Shown: positions 41,530 through 51,151, counted from the stretch's first letter. The stretch is DNA of 64,000 nucleotides from a virus (IMGVR_UViG_3300033553_000338:32001-96000); one strand, 5' to 3'. A program made the numbers and translations. Notes: generated by a model from the letters alone, not told the origin.

Positions 41530-41757
41530 TTACCCTTTAAGCATGTCGTATGCAGCTTGTAGGTGGAGCATTGCTAAGTATTTTTTCATATCCCCCGTTT
41601 TCCGGTGTCCCTGCTGCATACGATCAATCATAATATCTAGGACAACCTCATCTGTTGTGCCGGGGTAATTGCCTTCGGCAAATCTAACTATCTGATCCTT
41701 AACCCCGGTTTCGGAATCTCCTAGACCGTATACCCGGCCAGCTTTAATTATTTCCAT
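41530..41757 (-). CDS. small protein resembling the Tad1/Acb2 hairpin family
   Basis: IVRFAEG..PGTTDEVVLDIMIDRM...AMLHLQAA pattern, judged by eye. Confidence 0.4.
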   Translation of the reverse strand: MEIIKAGRVYGLGDSETGVKDQIVRFAEGNYPGTTDEVVLDIMIDRMQQGHRKTGDMKKYLAMLHLQAAYDMLKG

Positions 41758-42404
41758 TATTTTACTTTATAAGTGTCTGTAATATAATCAACTATGGCAT
41801 CAAAATGCATCGCTGCAACATCACTTTCCCCCTGGGGAGACATAATATATCTGCAGTCGCGCTCCGTGTCCATAAAAAAATTCTCTGTTAAAACTGCAGG
41901 ACATTGGGTATTGGTGAGCATATAGAATCTTGCTTCCTTGTCATGGTCACCATCACTCAAATCAAACCGCATCCTCCAGTCTTTACCCCATTTCTCCTGG
42001 GCATTGTAGCACAGAAAAGAGGCAATGTCGTCACTCCGAGTTTTACCAGGGGAAGTGTAGCATTCCCATCCGGTTCCTCCCCCAGCATTGGCATGGATGG
42101 AGATTAAAAATGAGTCCGGAAATCTTGTGTATAGTGAGTTTGCCCTGCGTACCCGTTCCCCCAGTGAGTTATCCAGGGTAGGGAGGTGGGTGAAATAAAC
42201 CGTTGCACCGGCCATATCCAAAAGATATTTGAGCTTCATGCAGACCGTTCTGTTAAACCCCCATTCAAGAAGTTGTTTCCCATCACTCCAGACAGGGGAT
42301 CTTTTCCCTGGAGTATCCGATCCGTGACCGGCATCCAGCATAATGATTCCTTTAAAGTGTCCCAGTGGGCCATCACCACCTCTGTAGTTTCCTAATAAGT
42401 CCAT
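41757..42404 (-). CDS. N-acetylmuramoyl-L-alanine amidase (Amidase_3) endolysin
   Basis: LDAGHG, E, LISIHANA, PAVLTENFFM Zn-amidase motifs. Confidence 0.92.
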   Translation of the reverse strand: MDLLGNYRGGDGPLGHFKGIIMLDAGHGSDTPGKRSPVWSDGKQLLEWGFNRTVCMKLKYLLDMAGATVYFTHLPTLDNSLGERVRRANSLYTRFPDSFLISIHANAGGGTGWECYTSPGKTRSDDIASFLCYNAQEKWGKDWRMRFDLSDGDHDKEARFYMLTNTQCPAVLTENFFMDTERDCRYIMSPQGESDVAAMHFDAIVDYITDTYKVK

Positions 42405-42754
42405 ACCACCTCCGAATCAAATTCATCTTCATACAGAAACCCGTCATTCGCCAGGACCTCCGGGCTACTATCGTCACTGCTGTCGTAACAAAACCGGCAC
42501 TTAAATTTTTCTTTACCCTTCTCCAGACGATCCCTAAAGAGCCTTCGCATATCCTTTAATTTCCAGTTGTCCGGAAATTTGCTACTCTCTTTGTAAGAGT
42601 ATCCAGCCTCTGCACTCCACACTTCAAATGAGACCCACGTAGTTCCATTGAACTGGTAAATCTTCTCGGTGTATACCGCATCGGCAGCAAGTGTCTTTGC
42701 GAACTTTCTTAAATCATTTTTAAGCATTTTCTTCAATTTTATCAATAATCTCAA
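42392..42754 (-). CDS. hypothetical protein
   Basis: ORF coupled to the amidase, late motif upstream; true start may be 42727. Confidence 0.55.
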   Translation of the reverse strand: MRLLIKLKKMLKNDLRKFAKTLAADAVYTEKIYQFNGTTWVSFEVWSAEAGYSYKESSKFPDNWKLKDMRRLFRDRLEKGKEKFKCRFCYDSSDDSSPEVLANDGFLYEDEFDSEVVWTY

Positions 42755-42839
42755 TTGATCGAATGTATCTTCCTTTCTGCAGATCTTATTCTTACTCTAA
42801 TTTAATGATTAAATTCTATTATACGAAACTTATCTGTAT

Positions 42840-45047
42840 TTATTCTAGGGGCATAAATTCTAAATCAGAGAAAGGTACAAGGACGAATGCCGGACTTTTC
42901 CCTTGCACGTATCCCCCCGGTAATACAGCTGTGTCAAAGAACCCTGCCATTTTCCGTGTCACTGGGCCTTTGTAGGCTGTCATAGTTACAGAACTCATGT
43001 TATCTCCTTTACGAAGGGATATAAGGAATTCTTCCCTTGAACCATCATTGAGTCGTTTAGTTATAACTGCATGAATAACTATGTTTTGTGGAGCTACACC
43101 GTTAAGAACAGTAGCCCGTAATTCAGTGGTAATTGATGATTCATACTGGCCAGTTGTTACGAATCTTAAATCTACAGTAGGAGATTCCATGCCACTTGGC
43201 GTAAGCTCGCTATCGTAGTAGGTCACTCCGGACGTTTCGTAGATCAGGACAATGGCCCCTGCCGGGGTGATTAGAACATTCCCGAAATAAATGTTGGTTG
43301 CCGGCTTTGGGGTACCTTCAGATAATCCACCTACCGGTTCCTGTCCGTTGGTTCCCCGGGTGGTTGTACCCGATACCAGGTACTTGCCGGTCATGGGCAT
43401 GTACTTAACGGTGAGCCCTATATTGGTCTCTGAAAGAATTGGAAAAGCGTTATCGTATTCAAGTATTTTGATATTTTTCATATCCCCTCCAAACATTGCA
43501 AGCGTTGGAGTCTTAGGGTATGCTGTGGCGGCTCTCAAGTGATACTCAATCGTGTTGGGGATTCCGGGGATTCCAGAGTACCTGACAAAGAGGTAAAATT
43601 GATAGTTATCAGGTACATTCACATCTACCTTATCCTTAACGTACAATACCTGATTCGGGACATTGGCTGGATTGAATAGTTGAACAGTCTTGACCTTGGT
43701 TAACTCGGTATCGTAACGCACGAGTACAGGAGTGATTGTAACAGTGCCACCACCCTGATAGAATGAGGTAGTATCATCGTATCCGAAAAAGAAGGCGGCA
43801 TCTTCCTGAATATCACCACTTATTGATGATCCCTGAATTGAGGTTACCACCACACTACTATCAGTGCCCAGCAGCGGATTCTCTTCAGGGTTAGGTATAA
43901 TTATTTCCTCAGCTATCTCTGAAACAACCAAAGGTGTCAGGGCCGCGAAGTTTACTACATCCTGATTGAACACCAAATCCCCAGAAGGGGTAAAGGTTCG
44001 GTCCCCCTGGCCAAAAATGTTACGGGCATATTGCTTTGTGACGATATCGATCTCCACCACATCTTTGGATAACACCAAGGTCTTCCATTCCAGAATACCC
44101 GAATTACTAGGGATTCCTACGCGAACGCTCACATCATCATCCCAGGAACCTGCGGGGATACTCTTCTGGATCTTCCAGGTTACCGTGATGTCCGTATCCG
44201 AACTTACTGCATTGACCAGATCCGGGAAAACCGAAAAGTCCAGCTTACCCCCGGTGGATCCAATCTGCAGGTAATCGCTATTGCCGGCATACACTCCTTT
44301 ATCTGAGTGCTCCCCAAAGTGCAGGTAGGAAAATGTTCCCTGGCTTCCGGGGCTCTTCCGAAGACATACAATTGTTGAGGCTACTGCTCCGGGGAGTAAT
44401 TCCCCGTTGGCAGCATCAAATGCAAGGATTACTCCTCTGCGTCCTTTGATCTCAGCAAGATCTTCCGCAGCCCGGTCATAGTTCCCAAGGGAATCCAATA
44501 TCCTCAAGGCCGTAGGGATCTGCTCCACATCATCAACCAGAACTTCCATTTCAATACGCTCACCTGCCGGGATTACACCGGTTTCTGTGGTTGCGCTCAC
44601 CAACCATTTCTGGAACTTTGCGCTCTCACCAGCTGCTAGGGCAGGGGGGTTGATCTGGGTTATTACCCAGTAGTTGTACCATGTTACATTAAATGTGTAA
44701 CTGGTTTCCAATCCCGGGAAGTATAAAGAGAAAGTTGCCTCGTTTCCGAAGTTATCGATGCCCGGTGACCCAATGGCCCGGTCCATGACATTTACGGTAA
44801 CGGTGAGTGGCTTGTCCGGCAGGACAGCATCATCACTCAAAACCACATCATACCGGGACTCGGTATCACTCAGCTGCAGATTCACAGCCTGGCCCAGCTC
44901 CCCGGTAATGTTTACCTGGAACTCAATACGGGCAGCACCGGCAATGGTACTACGTCTTCCTTGAAATAAATTTCCGAAATTCAGACTGTAACTTGACTCA
45001 CCTGCTAATGAAAACCTTCCATCCGCAGAACTTACTGATAATACCAT
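42840..45047 (-). CDS. large beta-rich hypothetical (likely structural, Ig-like) protein
   Basis: 735-aa ORF rich in V/T/G/S. Confidence 0.55.
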   Translation of the reverse strand: MVLSVSSADGRFSLAGESSYSLNFGNLFQGRRSTIAGAARIEFQVNITGELGQAVNLQLSDTESRYDVVLSDDAVLPDKPLTVTVNVMDRAIGSPGIDNFGNEATFSLYFPGLETSYTFNVTWYNYWVITQINPPALAAGESAKFQKWLVSATTETGVIPAGERIEMEVLVDDVEQIPTALRILDSLGNYDRAAEDLAEIKGRRGVILAFDAANGELLPGAVASTIVCLRKSPGSQGTFSYLHFGEHSDKGVYAGNSDYLQIGSTGGKLDFSVFPDLVNAVSSDTDITVTWKIQKSIPAGSWDDDVSVRVGIPSNSGILEWKTLVLSKDVVEIDIVTKQYARNIFGQGDRTFTPSGDLVFNQDVVNFAALTPLVVSEIAEEIIIPNPEENPLLGTDSSVVVTSIQGSSISGDIQEDAAFFFGYDDTTSFYQGGGTVTITPVLVRYDTELTKVKTVQLFNPANVPNQVLYVKDKVDVNVPDNYQFYLFVRYSGIPGIPNTIEYHLRAATAYPKTPTLAMFGGDMKNIKILEYDNAFPILSETNIGLTVKYMPMTGKYLVSGTTTRGTNGQEPVGGLSEGTPKPATNIYFGNVLITPAGAIVLIYETSGVTYYDSELTPSGMESPTVDLRFVTTGQYESSITTELRATVLNGVAPQNIVIHAVITKRLNDGSREEFLISLRKGDNMSSVTMTAYKGPVTRKMAGFFDTAVLPGGYVQGKSPAFVLVPFSDLEFMPLE

Positions 45048-45053
45048 ATATTT

Positions 45054-45602
45054 TTAGTTGTTATATCCTTCTTCGTTATCCCCTCGAATTCCGCGATCCA
45101 ATCCCATCTCCATCTGAACCTTACGCTCAAGCTCGGAGATGCCATCGTCCAGGAATCCCAGGTCTTTAATCTGTTTGATTGCATCCCCAACCTTATACTT
45201 TTGCCGTCCATGATCGTCTGTTGCCATAAAATCAATCGCATCGTAGTGCTCTCGAATCTTATGCACAACATTACGGGCAGACATCAAAAGCAATGATAGG
45301 GATGTATGTAGCAATGACTTGTACTTGTACGCGGCCATGGCCATGATTGGAAAATCTACATCCTCAATAGTGAACCCACAATCCGATAAAGAGGCCATCA
45401 CTGCTTCGATCTCTGAAATATCCCGGTAAGGACCTCCATAGTTATAGGCCAGGTAGAGGAACTTGAAATACTTAAAAGGCATATCATCATTGATCGCCTT
45501 CCCATATTTAAAAAGATTCTCAAACTCTGTAACCAGCAGGATCTCGGGTACGTTGAGCTTAAACTCATCACCGGTCCACTCAAAGAATTGTACTTTTGCC
45601 AT
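45054..45602 (-). CDS. conserved crAss-like hypothetical protein near terminase
   Basis: 182 aa, FKYFKFLYL..Y.GPY motif, helical C-terminus ending IRGD. Confidence 0.5.
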   Translation of the reverse strand: MAKVQFFEWTGDEFKLNVPEILLVTEFENLFKYGKAINDDMPFKYFKFLYLAYNYGGPYRDISEIEAVMASLSDCGFTIEDVDFPIMAMAAYKYKSLLHTSLSLLLMSARNVVHKIREHYDAIDFMATDDHGRQKYKVGDAIKQIKDLGFLDDGISELERKVQMEMGLDRGIRGDNEEGYNN

Positions 45603-46075
45603 TATTCTAAATTTCGTGCATACGTAGCGATTCCGATGCTCAACACGTCCAGCTGGCCTTCAGGGTACAAGTACTCTTCCATCCACAGCAAAGAAGTGTT
45701 CAATGTTGACAGATCCGTTCTCGGAGCCACATACGCTTTCTTTGATTTAATATTCCGGATCACTTGCCTGGACTCCGTATTCTCCAGGTTGATAAACACA
45801 TCCACATAAGTAGGGGTACCTTCTCCGGGTACTTCGAAATAAAAAACTACCCCCCGGGCACCTGGATGAGCCGTACCAGCTAACAGCAGATTTACTTCCA
45901 ACTGTAGTTTGGCCAGTACGTCAACAAAGAGCAGGTCAACTAAGACTTCCTTGGTCCACACGTAGTAGACAATTCCGGAGCCCCGTAAGGTACCGGCCTC
46001 ATCAGCTACCAGTTGCAGCTCATTGAAGTTAGTTGTTGCTATCGGATTTAGAAGCTCGGGTCTTTGTAATTTCAT
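45602..46075 (-). CDS. hypothetical protein
   Basis: 157-aa ORF, translationally coupled. Confidence 0.55.
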   Translation of the reverse strand: MKLQRPELLNPIATTNFNELQLVADEAGTLRGSGIVYYVWTKEVLVDLLFVDVLAKLQLEVNLLLAGTAHPGARGVVFYFEVPGEGTPTYVDVFINLENTESRQVIRNIKSKKAYVAPRTDLSTLNTSLLWMEEYLYPEGQLDVLSIGIATYARNLE

Positions 46076-46346
46076 TTTTCAGTCGTGTGTATTCGTAGTT
46101 ATTCTCACTCAGATCTTCCTGCTCTACCAGGTCAAGATCTTTAAAGTTGAAGCGCATCTTTTGGATGGCCTCCGTGGGGGTGAACCAGATACAGTCAATC
46201 CCAATCAGCAATTTACTAAAAGGGGATTTGCCAGCCTCATCCTTTGGGTCTTCCCGCACAATCTCGTACACCATCATCAGTGGACGGTTGGGCAGTTCTT
46301 TGTTCAGCTGAACTATGTCTCCTTCTTTTAGGTACGTTGTGGCCAT
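46029..46346 (-). CDS. DUF2158 (YodC)-like protein
   Basis: LKEGDIVQL...PLMMV...IDCIWF...F..KDL. Confidence 0.6.
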   Translation of the reverse strand: MATTYLKEGDIVQLNKELPNRPLMMVYEIVREDPKDEAGKSPFSKLLIGIDCIWFTPTEAIQKMRFNFKDLDLVEQEDLSENNYEYTRLKNEITKTRASKSDSNN

Positions 46347-46672
46347 AGCTCTACAGGTTCAAAGGTGAATACTAAACTTGCTGGTTCCTTGGGTACAGTG
46401 ACGTTCGACCGGTAAGTCCGGGCATACACATCATGGAGAATCAACCTCTTCTTTTTTAAAGCCGAAAGCACATTATTAAATGAGTAGGTTGACAACCCCA
46501 GTTTATTGCGTATTTCTTTACGCTCTTCACACCCAATTAAATCGTGCTTGACTATTTCACTAAGTACCATGTATTGAGTCTCCGAGAGGATATTGAAAGT
46601 TCGCAACTTCAAATACCTTAAGATGTACTCCTGCCTTGTAGCTACTGGTACTTTCACTACGTCATTAAGCAT
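46328..46672 (-). CDS. winged-HTH DNA-binding protein (RepL-like)
   Basis: LSETQYMVL...KEIRNKLGLSTYSFNNVLSALKKKRLI wHTH pattern. Confidence 0.65.
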   Translation of the reverse strand: MLNDVVKVPVATRQEYILRYLKLRTFNILSETQYMVLSEIVKHDLIGCEERKEIRNKLGLSTYSFNNVLSALKKKRLILHDVYARTYRSNVTVPKEPASLVFTFEPVELWPQRT

Positions 46673-46731
46673 CGTTTTATTTTTAATCGTTTATATTAAT
46701 ATAACGATTATATACGAAAACCCAATGGTCC

Positions 46732-47478
46732 CTACCAATATTTCCTTACAGTACGCTCGGATATCATTAAAAGCTCTGCAATATCACTCTTCCCCTTGTT
46801 CGGAAATTCAATCCTGGCCCTCTTGATGCGCTCGAAGTTGTTGAGCTTCGTGCCTACATACAGCCCCTTACCATGCTTGATGATTGTGTTCTTGGTCATG
46901 GTGCCAATCTCCCGGTCCAGGTACCCAATAGTGGGCAGCACATCGTAGTTGTGGATCCGGTAATCAAAGGAGCTCTCAGCAATCTCTTCCCTCTTCTCCG
47001 TAGAGTCCCTTAAACTCCTTGCCGCAGCCTTGGCCTTACTACGCTCGACTCCCACAAGACGCTCGATTTCATCGCTGTACCAAGTCTTCCTGAATTCACA
47101 GATAGGCTCGACTAAACGTTCACCTTCCTCAACCCACCAGATAGCAGTGTCCAGTAGACCGGGGTTATTGATCAGGGCACGTTGTACCAGGTTGTTACCC
47201 CTCCAGTTGATGATCCTCTGTCTGATTACCATGGACAGCATGAATGAATCCGCTTCCGGGTTGTTCAGCTTGAGGATCTTGAACTGCTCGGCTAGGTACA
47301 GGGTGATCGCTTCCTGGTTAATCTTGGACTCCCAACGCAGGTATGGGTAGTTCTCATAGTAGGGTAAGCCTCTCCCAATAATGGTGGTCACAGGTTCTGT
47401 AGGGTAGGGGCTCCGTGTTTTGAACCATACCGATTCTATAGATGTCTGAAGGTCTTTGTACTTAGCGGTTAAACTCAT
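46732..47478 (-). CDS. putative replication-initiator-like protein with C-terminal HTH
   Basis: Probable start MSLTAKY at 47478; C-terminal KSDIAELLMISERTVRKYW HTH. Confidence 0.5.
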   Translation of the reverse strand: MSLTAKYKDLQTSIESVWFKTRSPYPTEPVTTIIGRGLPYYENYPYLRWESKINQEAITLYLAEQFKILKLNNPEADSFMLSMVIRQRIINWRGNNLVQRALINNPGLLDTAIWWVEEGERLVEPICEFRKTWYSDEIERLVGVERSKAKAAARSLRDSTEKREEIAESSFDYRIHNYDVLPTIGYLDREIGTMTKNTIIKHGKGLYVGTKLNNFERIKRARIEFPNKGKSDIAELLMISERTVRKYW

Positions 47479-47922
47479 GTAGAGGGTTGTTTTAAAGTAG
47501 ATTACATGCAAATATACGAAGGAATTTCATCACTACAAAACACCTTTTGGAAAATTTGTGCAAGGTTCCCTATTAGTAATATAAATAGAGACGATTGCAC
47601 AAGTTTTCCGGAGCCTGTTTCGGAGCATCTACCACCGTCATACCTGTCCCTTGGTTAAGTCGATAGGAGGTTAGGAGTTGGTCCATTCCGAAGCCATTTT
47701 AAAAAATGTGTGTGTTACGGCTGTGAGGAGCCCATATACCTGTAAAAACTGATTTTCGAAAATGGGAAAACACCCCCCGGGGTCTTCCCAAATAATATAC
47801 GAACGTCAACGAAAAAAAAAAACAAAGAACATAAACCCTCATGACAGGCAAGATCGCTACGCTCATAAACCCAACTCACCTTCGGTAAATAAATTTATTA
47901 ATAACCTTAAAATTAGCATGTT

Positions 47923-48540
47923 ATGAAAAAGCAAATGGAGTTTATTGCAGCGTACAACACAAGAGTTGAAGAACGTTCTTTCTCAGAAAAACTGAACGGC
48001 CTTATGCCGGGTGCAGAGTATCCGATGAAAGAGTTCTTGAGCTTTCCTGTTTCAGATGACGGGACAACAGTCCTGGACACGATGCCTTCGGGTGGTAAGG
48101 AACGGGAGTATGTGGAGTACGCTGGCAGCAAAATCTTTCTGGAATGGTTCGCAAAGAATCTCACGGAGAAGCCTGGTCAAATCATCAATGCAGACAAGGG
48201 CATCATCCATCGATGTGTACTGACTGCAGCACAAGACCTGACTGCACTTCCCGTTGGAGAGTACGTTGCAGAATTAGCAAAAGGGCCTGTGAAGGACTAC
48301 CCTACCAAGTTCATCGTATCTACTAAGCTACCGGCAGCAATCACTTGTGGTCAAGTCCTTACGGGGGGTTCACCACACTCTATTGTTGAGAGGTATAAGG
48401 AGTACTTCGGAGATGGCACAGACATCAGTCTGTTACCTCCCGAGACTTACATACCTCACGTAGTAAAGCGGGTCAATGGAGTGACGGGCAAATCATTCTT
48501 CGCTCCGGTCAACAGAGTTGCGATCATCAAATTTCAGTAG
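47923..48540 (+). CDS. hypothetical protein (first plus-strand gene)
   Basis: 205 aa, AT-rich leader, terminator downstream. Confidence 0.7.
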   Translation: MKKQMEFIAAYNTRVEERSFSEKLNGLMPGAEYPMKEFLSFPVSDDGTTVLDTMPSGGKEREYVEYAGSKIFLEWFAKNLTEKPGQIINADKGIIHRCVLTAAQDLTALPVGEYVAELAKGPVKDYPTKFIVSTKLPAAITCGQVLTGGSPHSIVERYKEYFGDGTDISLLPPETYIPHVVKRVNGVTGKSFFAPVNRVAIIKFQ

Positions 48541-48551
48541 ACTCTAAATAG

Positions 48552-48584
48552 GACTCTCACCTTCGGGTGGGAGTTTTATTTTTA
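48552..48584 (+). terminator. intrinsic terminator
   Basis: ACTCTCACC-TTCG-GGTGGGAGT followed by T-tract. Confidence 0.8.
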
Positions 48585-48786
48585 GTGCAAGAACATACCT
48601 AAACCCGAACCTATCTAAACCCCTACATTCCACACAAGAACACACCCAAACCCAGCTCAACTCCGCAAGCTCCGTTGGGTACTTTATATAACCAACAGTT
48701 GTGATAGCCGATAGGCCCTACTTGCAAGGGTTTAGCCGATAGGCGTTAGGCATTAGTTATTAATCTTTAATCTGGAGGACATCAAT

Positions 48787-48993
48787 ATGTTTTACCAATT
48801 CAGACTTTCATTCTTCGTACTCTTAACAGTAGTCTTTTGTGTCGCTGCTGTAGTCCTTATGGATATCTCAGACACATTGTTTTACAGGCCTTGGGTCTCA
48901 ATCTTTCTGTTTTTGTTTGCAGTGATATTGCCCTTAGTCCCGGGAGTTATTTACGCTCTCACTTGTTCTAAAACCTTTGGAGTTAGCCGATAG
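48787..48993 (+). CDS. small two-TM membrane protein
   Basis: GGAGG upstream, two hydrophobic helices. Confidence 0.55.
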   Translation: MFYQFRLSFFVLLTVVFCVAAVVLMDISDTLFYRPWVSIFLFLFAVILPLVPGVIYALTCSKTFGVSR

Positions 48994-49036
48994 GCTGCTC
49001 CTTTTTTATAATTATTTATTAAATAAATTTTTCAAG

Positions 49037-49699
49037 ATGAACAAAAATCCTTTTAGTGCATTAGCACTCGGTACTGAATTTGATCCTACAGCGGCTGGAA
49101 CTGGTTCTTATTCAAACACATTTCTTCCAGGAAGTTCTTACAAATTTTATGAGTCGAACTTGGAGGATGCTCCTTGGGGTAGAACAACGACTCCGATCAT
49201 GTTGCTGGATAACGGTGACATTTCTCATGCACGGTATGTAGCTGAGTGTATGGTTGAAGGACCTGGTGTTGTGATCAATGGTGATCATGATAATGCAAAG
49301 ATGAAGTGTTTACGCACTCCTTCATTGGCCGTTAAAGACGGTATCCCTTTCCAGTGTATGTGGGACTTTGTGTCTGCTGACATTGACAACGGAGCTTTTC
49401 CGGAAGTCATTTGTGTTGAGACCCTTCCTGTAGCTCGTCCGGTGGCTTCTATCCGTACTACCGAAGACGGTAATGCTGATTGGAATAACCTGCGTGAATT
49501 CACTGGTTTGTCTAAGGAGGAGATCCTTGCATCTGGTGTTGAGTATGTACCTGCAGTTTTACGCGCAAAGACTGGCTCGAACCCTGACAGCGTGTTTGCG
49601 AGAACTCGTACAACTTTCAAAATTGCTGATGCCAAACGTCTGCCCGTCATCGAACGTGGTGCTGATGGTAAAGCGATTGAGGTTGCAAAAGTTGAATAG
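49037..49699 (+). CDS. hypothetical protein
   Basis: Probable start MNKNPF at 49037 after an AT-rich leader; terminator downstream. Confidence 0.7.
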   Translation: MNKNPFSALALGTEFDPTAAGTGSYSNTFLPGSSYKFYESNLEDAPWGRTTTPIMLLDNGDISHARYVAECMVEGPGVVINGDHDNAKMKCLRTPSLAVKDGIPFQCMWDFVSADIDNGAFPEVICVETLPVARPVASIRTTEDGNADWNNLREFTGLSKEEILASGVEYVPAVLRAKTGSNPDSVFARTRTTFKIADAKRLPVIERGADGKAIEVAKVE

Positions 49700-49739
49700 A
49701 CTTACCTCATAATGTGTTAATTCTTTATTTACCACTGAT

Positions 49740-49772
49740 AGGAGATCCTTTATTGGGTCTCCTTTCTTTTTT
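49740..49772 (+). terminator. intrinsic terminator
   Basis: AGGAGATCC...GGGTCTCCT plus T-tract. Confidence 0.7.
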
Positions 49773-49860
49773 AACTCAGATGATGTTCCTTTGGCCTGAG
49801 TATAAATTAGCCATAAATACAAGGAGTGCATGGTATCTTAAACTCAAAAACTTATTTGTT

Positions 49861-50052
49861 ATGGAGAAATTCAGGTTTCATTTAGACGTAGAGGATCCCA
49901 AAGATTTAGAATTGATATCCTCTGTGTACCTTCACCCTGATGTGAAAAAGGGATTTTCGGATAGGGATTGTGCCAACATCTTTATATCTAAGAGAAAACC
50001 CTACCTATATGGATTTAACGAGAGTGGTTGTGTACGATGTGACCACAAGTAA
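49861..50052 (+). CDS. small hypothetical protein
   Basis: Probable start MEKFRF; the track's longer start runs through the terminator. Confidence 0.45.
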   Translation: MEKFRFHLDVEDPKDLELISSVYLHPDVKKGFSDRDCANIFISKRKPYLYGFNESGCVRCDHK

Positions 50053-50058
50053 AAACTT

Positions 50059-50349
50059 TTGAGTTTCCCCGGAGATAGTATCAATGGGTGGATTCTCTTT
50101 AATACCTTTGCAGATATGGAAAATAAAAAACGTTTAGGTTTCACCAGCTTCATCCCTGAGGCCTTTTTAGGTGAGGATGGAAAGGTGTGGAATAAGGTAC
50201 AAGGTGGTAACTGGTTACTCAAAGATAATTGGATTCGTGGTGTTATTAAGATCGAACCCTTGGCCGATAGCACCATTAAGGTATGGTGGTTGAATGAAGG
50301 TGAACCAGATTGGGAACCGTTCACCATTTACCGTGGCATTCTGGAGTAA
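50059..50349 (+). CDS. hypothetical Trp-rich protein
   Basis: ORF co-oriented with neighbours; start uncertain. Confidence 0.5.
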   Translation: MSFPGDSINGWILFNTFADMENKKRLGFTSFIPEAFLGEDGKVWNKVQGGNWLLKDNWIRGVIKIEPLADSTIKVWWLNEGEPDWEPFTIYRGILE

Positions 50350-50492
50350 TTTTGTATAAAACTTCTTAATCTACAACATCGATAGAGATATTTTTATATC
50401 TTCGCAACCATCAATCAAAATGGTGTGTTTTCGATGTTGTTGATTATGAAGTAATTGACGAAACACAGTTTTTACACACTAAGACGTATCGT

Positions 50493-50675
50493 ATGGAATC
50501 GAATGATAAGAAGTTTCAAGAATCCGTTATGGAGGACATTCTGGAGTTGCAAGATTACCCAGACCACCCAATGTGGGATCATCTGTTACTCCGAAACGCT
50601 TTTTGGGCTAAGTCATATAGAGCCAATGCGTTAGACGGTGGTAGAGAGAAGTTAATTTGTGTGAGTGTGAATTGA
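50493..50675 (+). CDS. small hypothetical protein
   Basis: 60-aa ORF. Confidence 0.4.
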   Translation: MESNDKKFQESVMEDILELQDYPDHPMWDHLLLRNAFWAKSYRANALDGGREKLICVSVN

Positions 50676-50941
50676 ATGTGTGGTGACGGTGCTTACACGG
50701 GCTCCCAACACCCCTAATTCACCAATTCCGAAACAACCCTCAAAATAGCTGTAAGGCTGTAATACAACCTTGCATAGGCCATTAAAGTGGGTAGTTATTC
50801 TGGGCACAATATTCAGGTGTGTGTACACAAAAGTCAAACGGGTTCGCGGGCTTTTGACGAGTTTTCGACTGTTTTTGACACACCTATAATGGAGCGTAAT
50901 TATACCAGTATTAATAAGCAAACTTCCCTTAATAGGGTAGA

Positions 50942-51151
50942 ATGCTCAACCAATCGACTATGAAACAATTGAACACTTGCACTGACGTTAATCGTAACAA
51001 GTCTTTGACGGAGATCGAGGATGAAAGTCGTACTCATATTATCCATGCACCTTACATGCAGGAGGATCAGTATTACTCTCTTAAGCAAAAGCGGACCAAC
51101 CACGAGAGGCAACCTTCAAGGTTTGGTAAACGCAACAACAGGAAGAAATAG
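50942..51151 (+). CDS. small basic hypothetical protein
   Basis: 69-aa ORF. Confidence 0.4.
   Translation: MLNQSTMKQLNTCTDVNRNKSLTEIEDESRTHIIHAPYMQEDQYYSLKQKRTNHERQPSRFGKRNNRKK

Larger units (their letters stand above)
3827..47803 (-). promoter_or_regulatory. dispersed putative phage late-promoter motif TTCGTATMWTA (15 copies)
   Basis: Plus-strand TAATATACGAA-like 11-mers at 3827, 8294, 10205, 17860, 19391, 21216, 25013, 26417, 34666, 36993, 39221, 42817, 46708, 47510, 47793. Confidence 0.75.

Noticed and set aside
407-47350. Numerous plus-strand 60-150 aa ORFs in the virion module
   Set aside because: Antisense shadows of long minus-strand genes with no recognisable motifs (parA and its partner excepted).
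50361-50452. Invertible promoter (inverton)
   Set aside because: The inverted repeats are imperfect, the enclosed segment is only ~50 bp, and no recombinase is in the window; RNA structure is more plausible.
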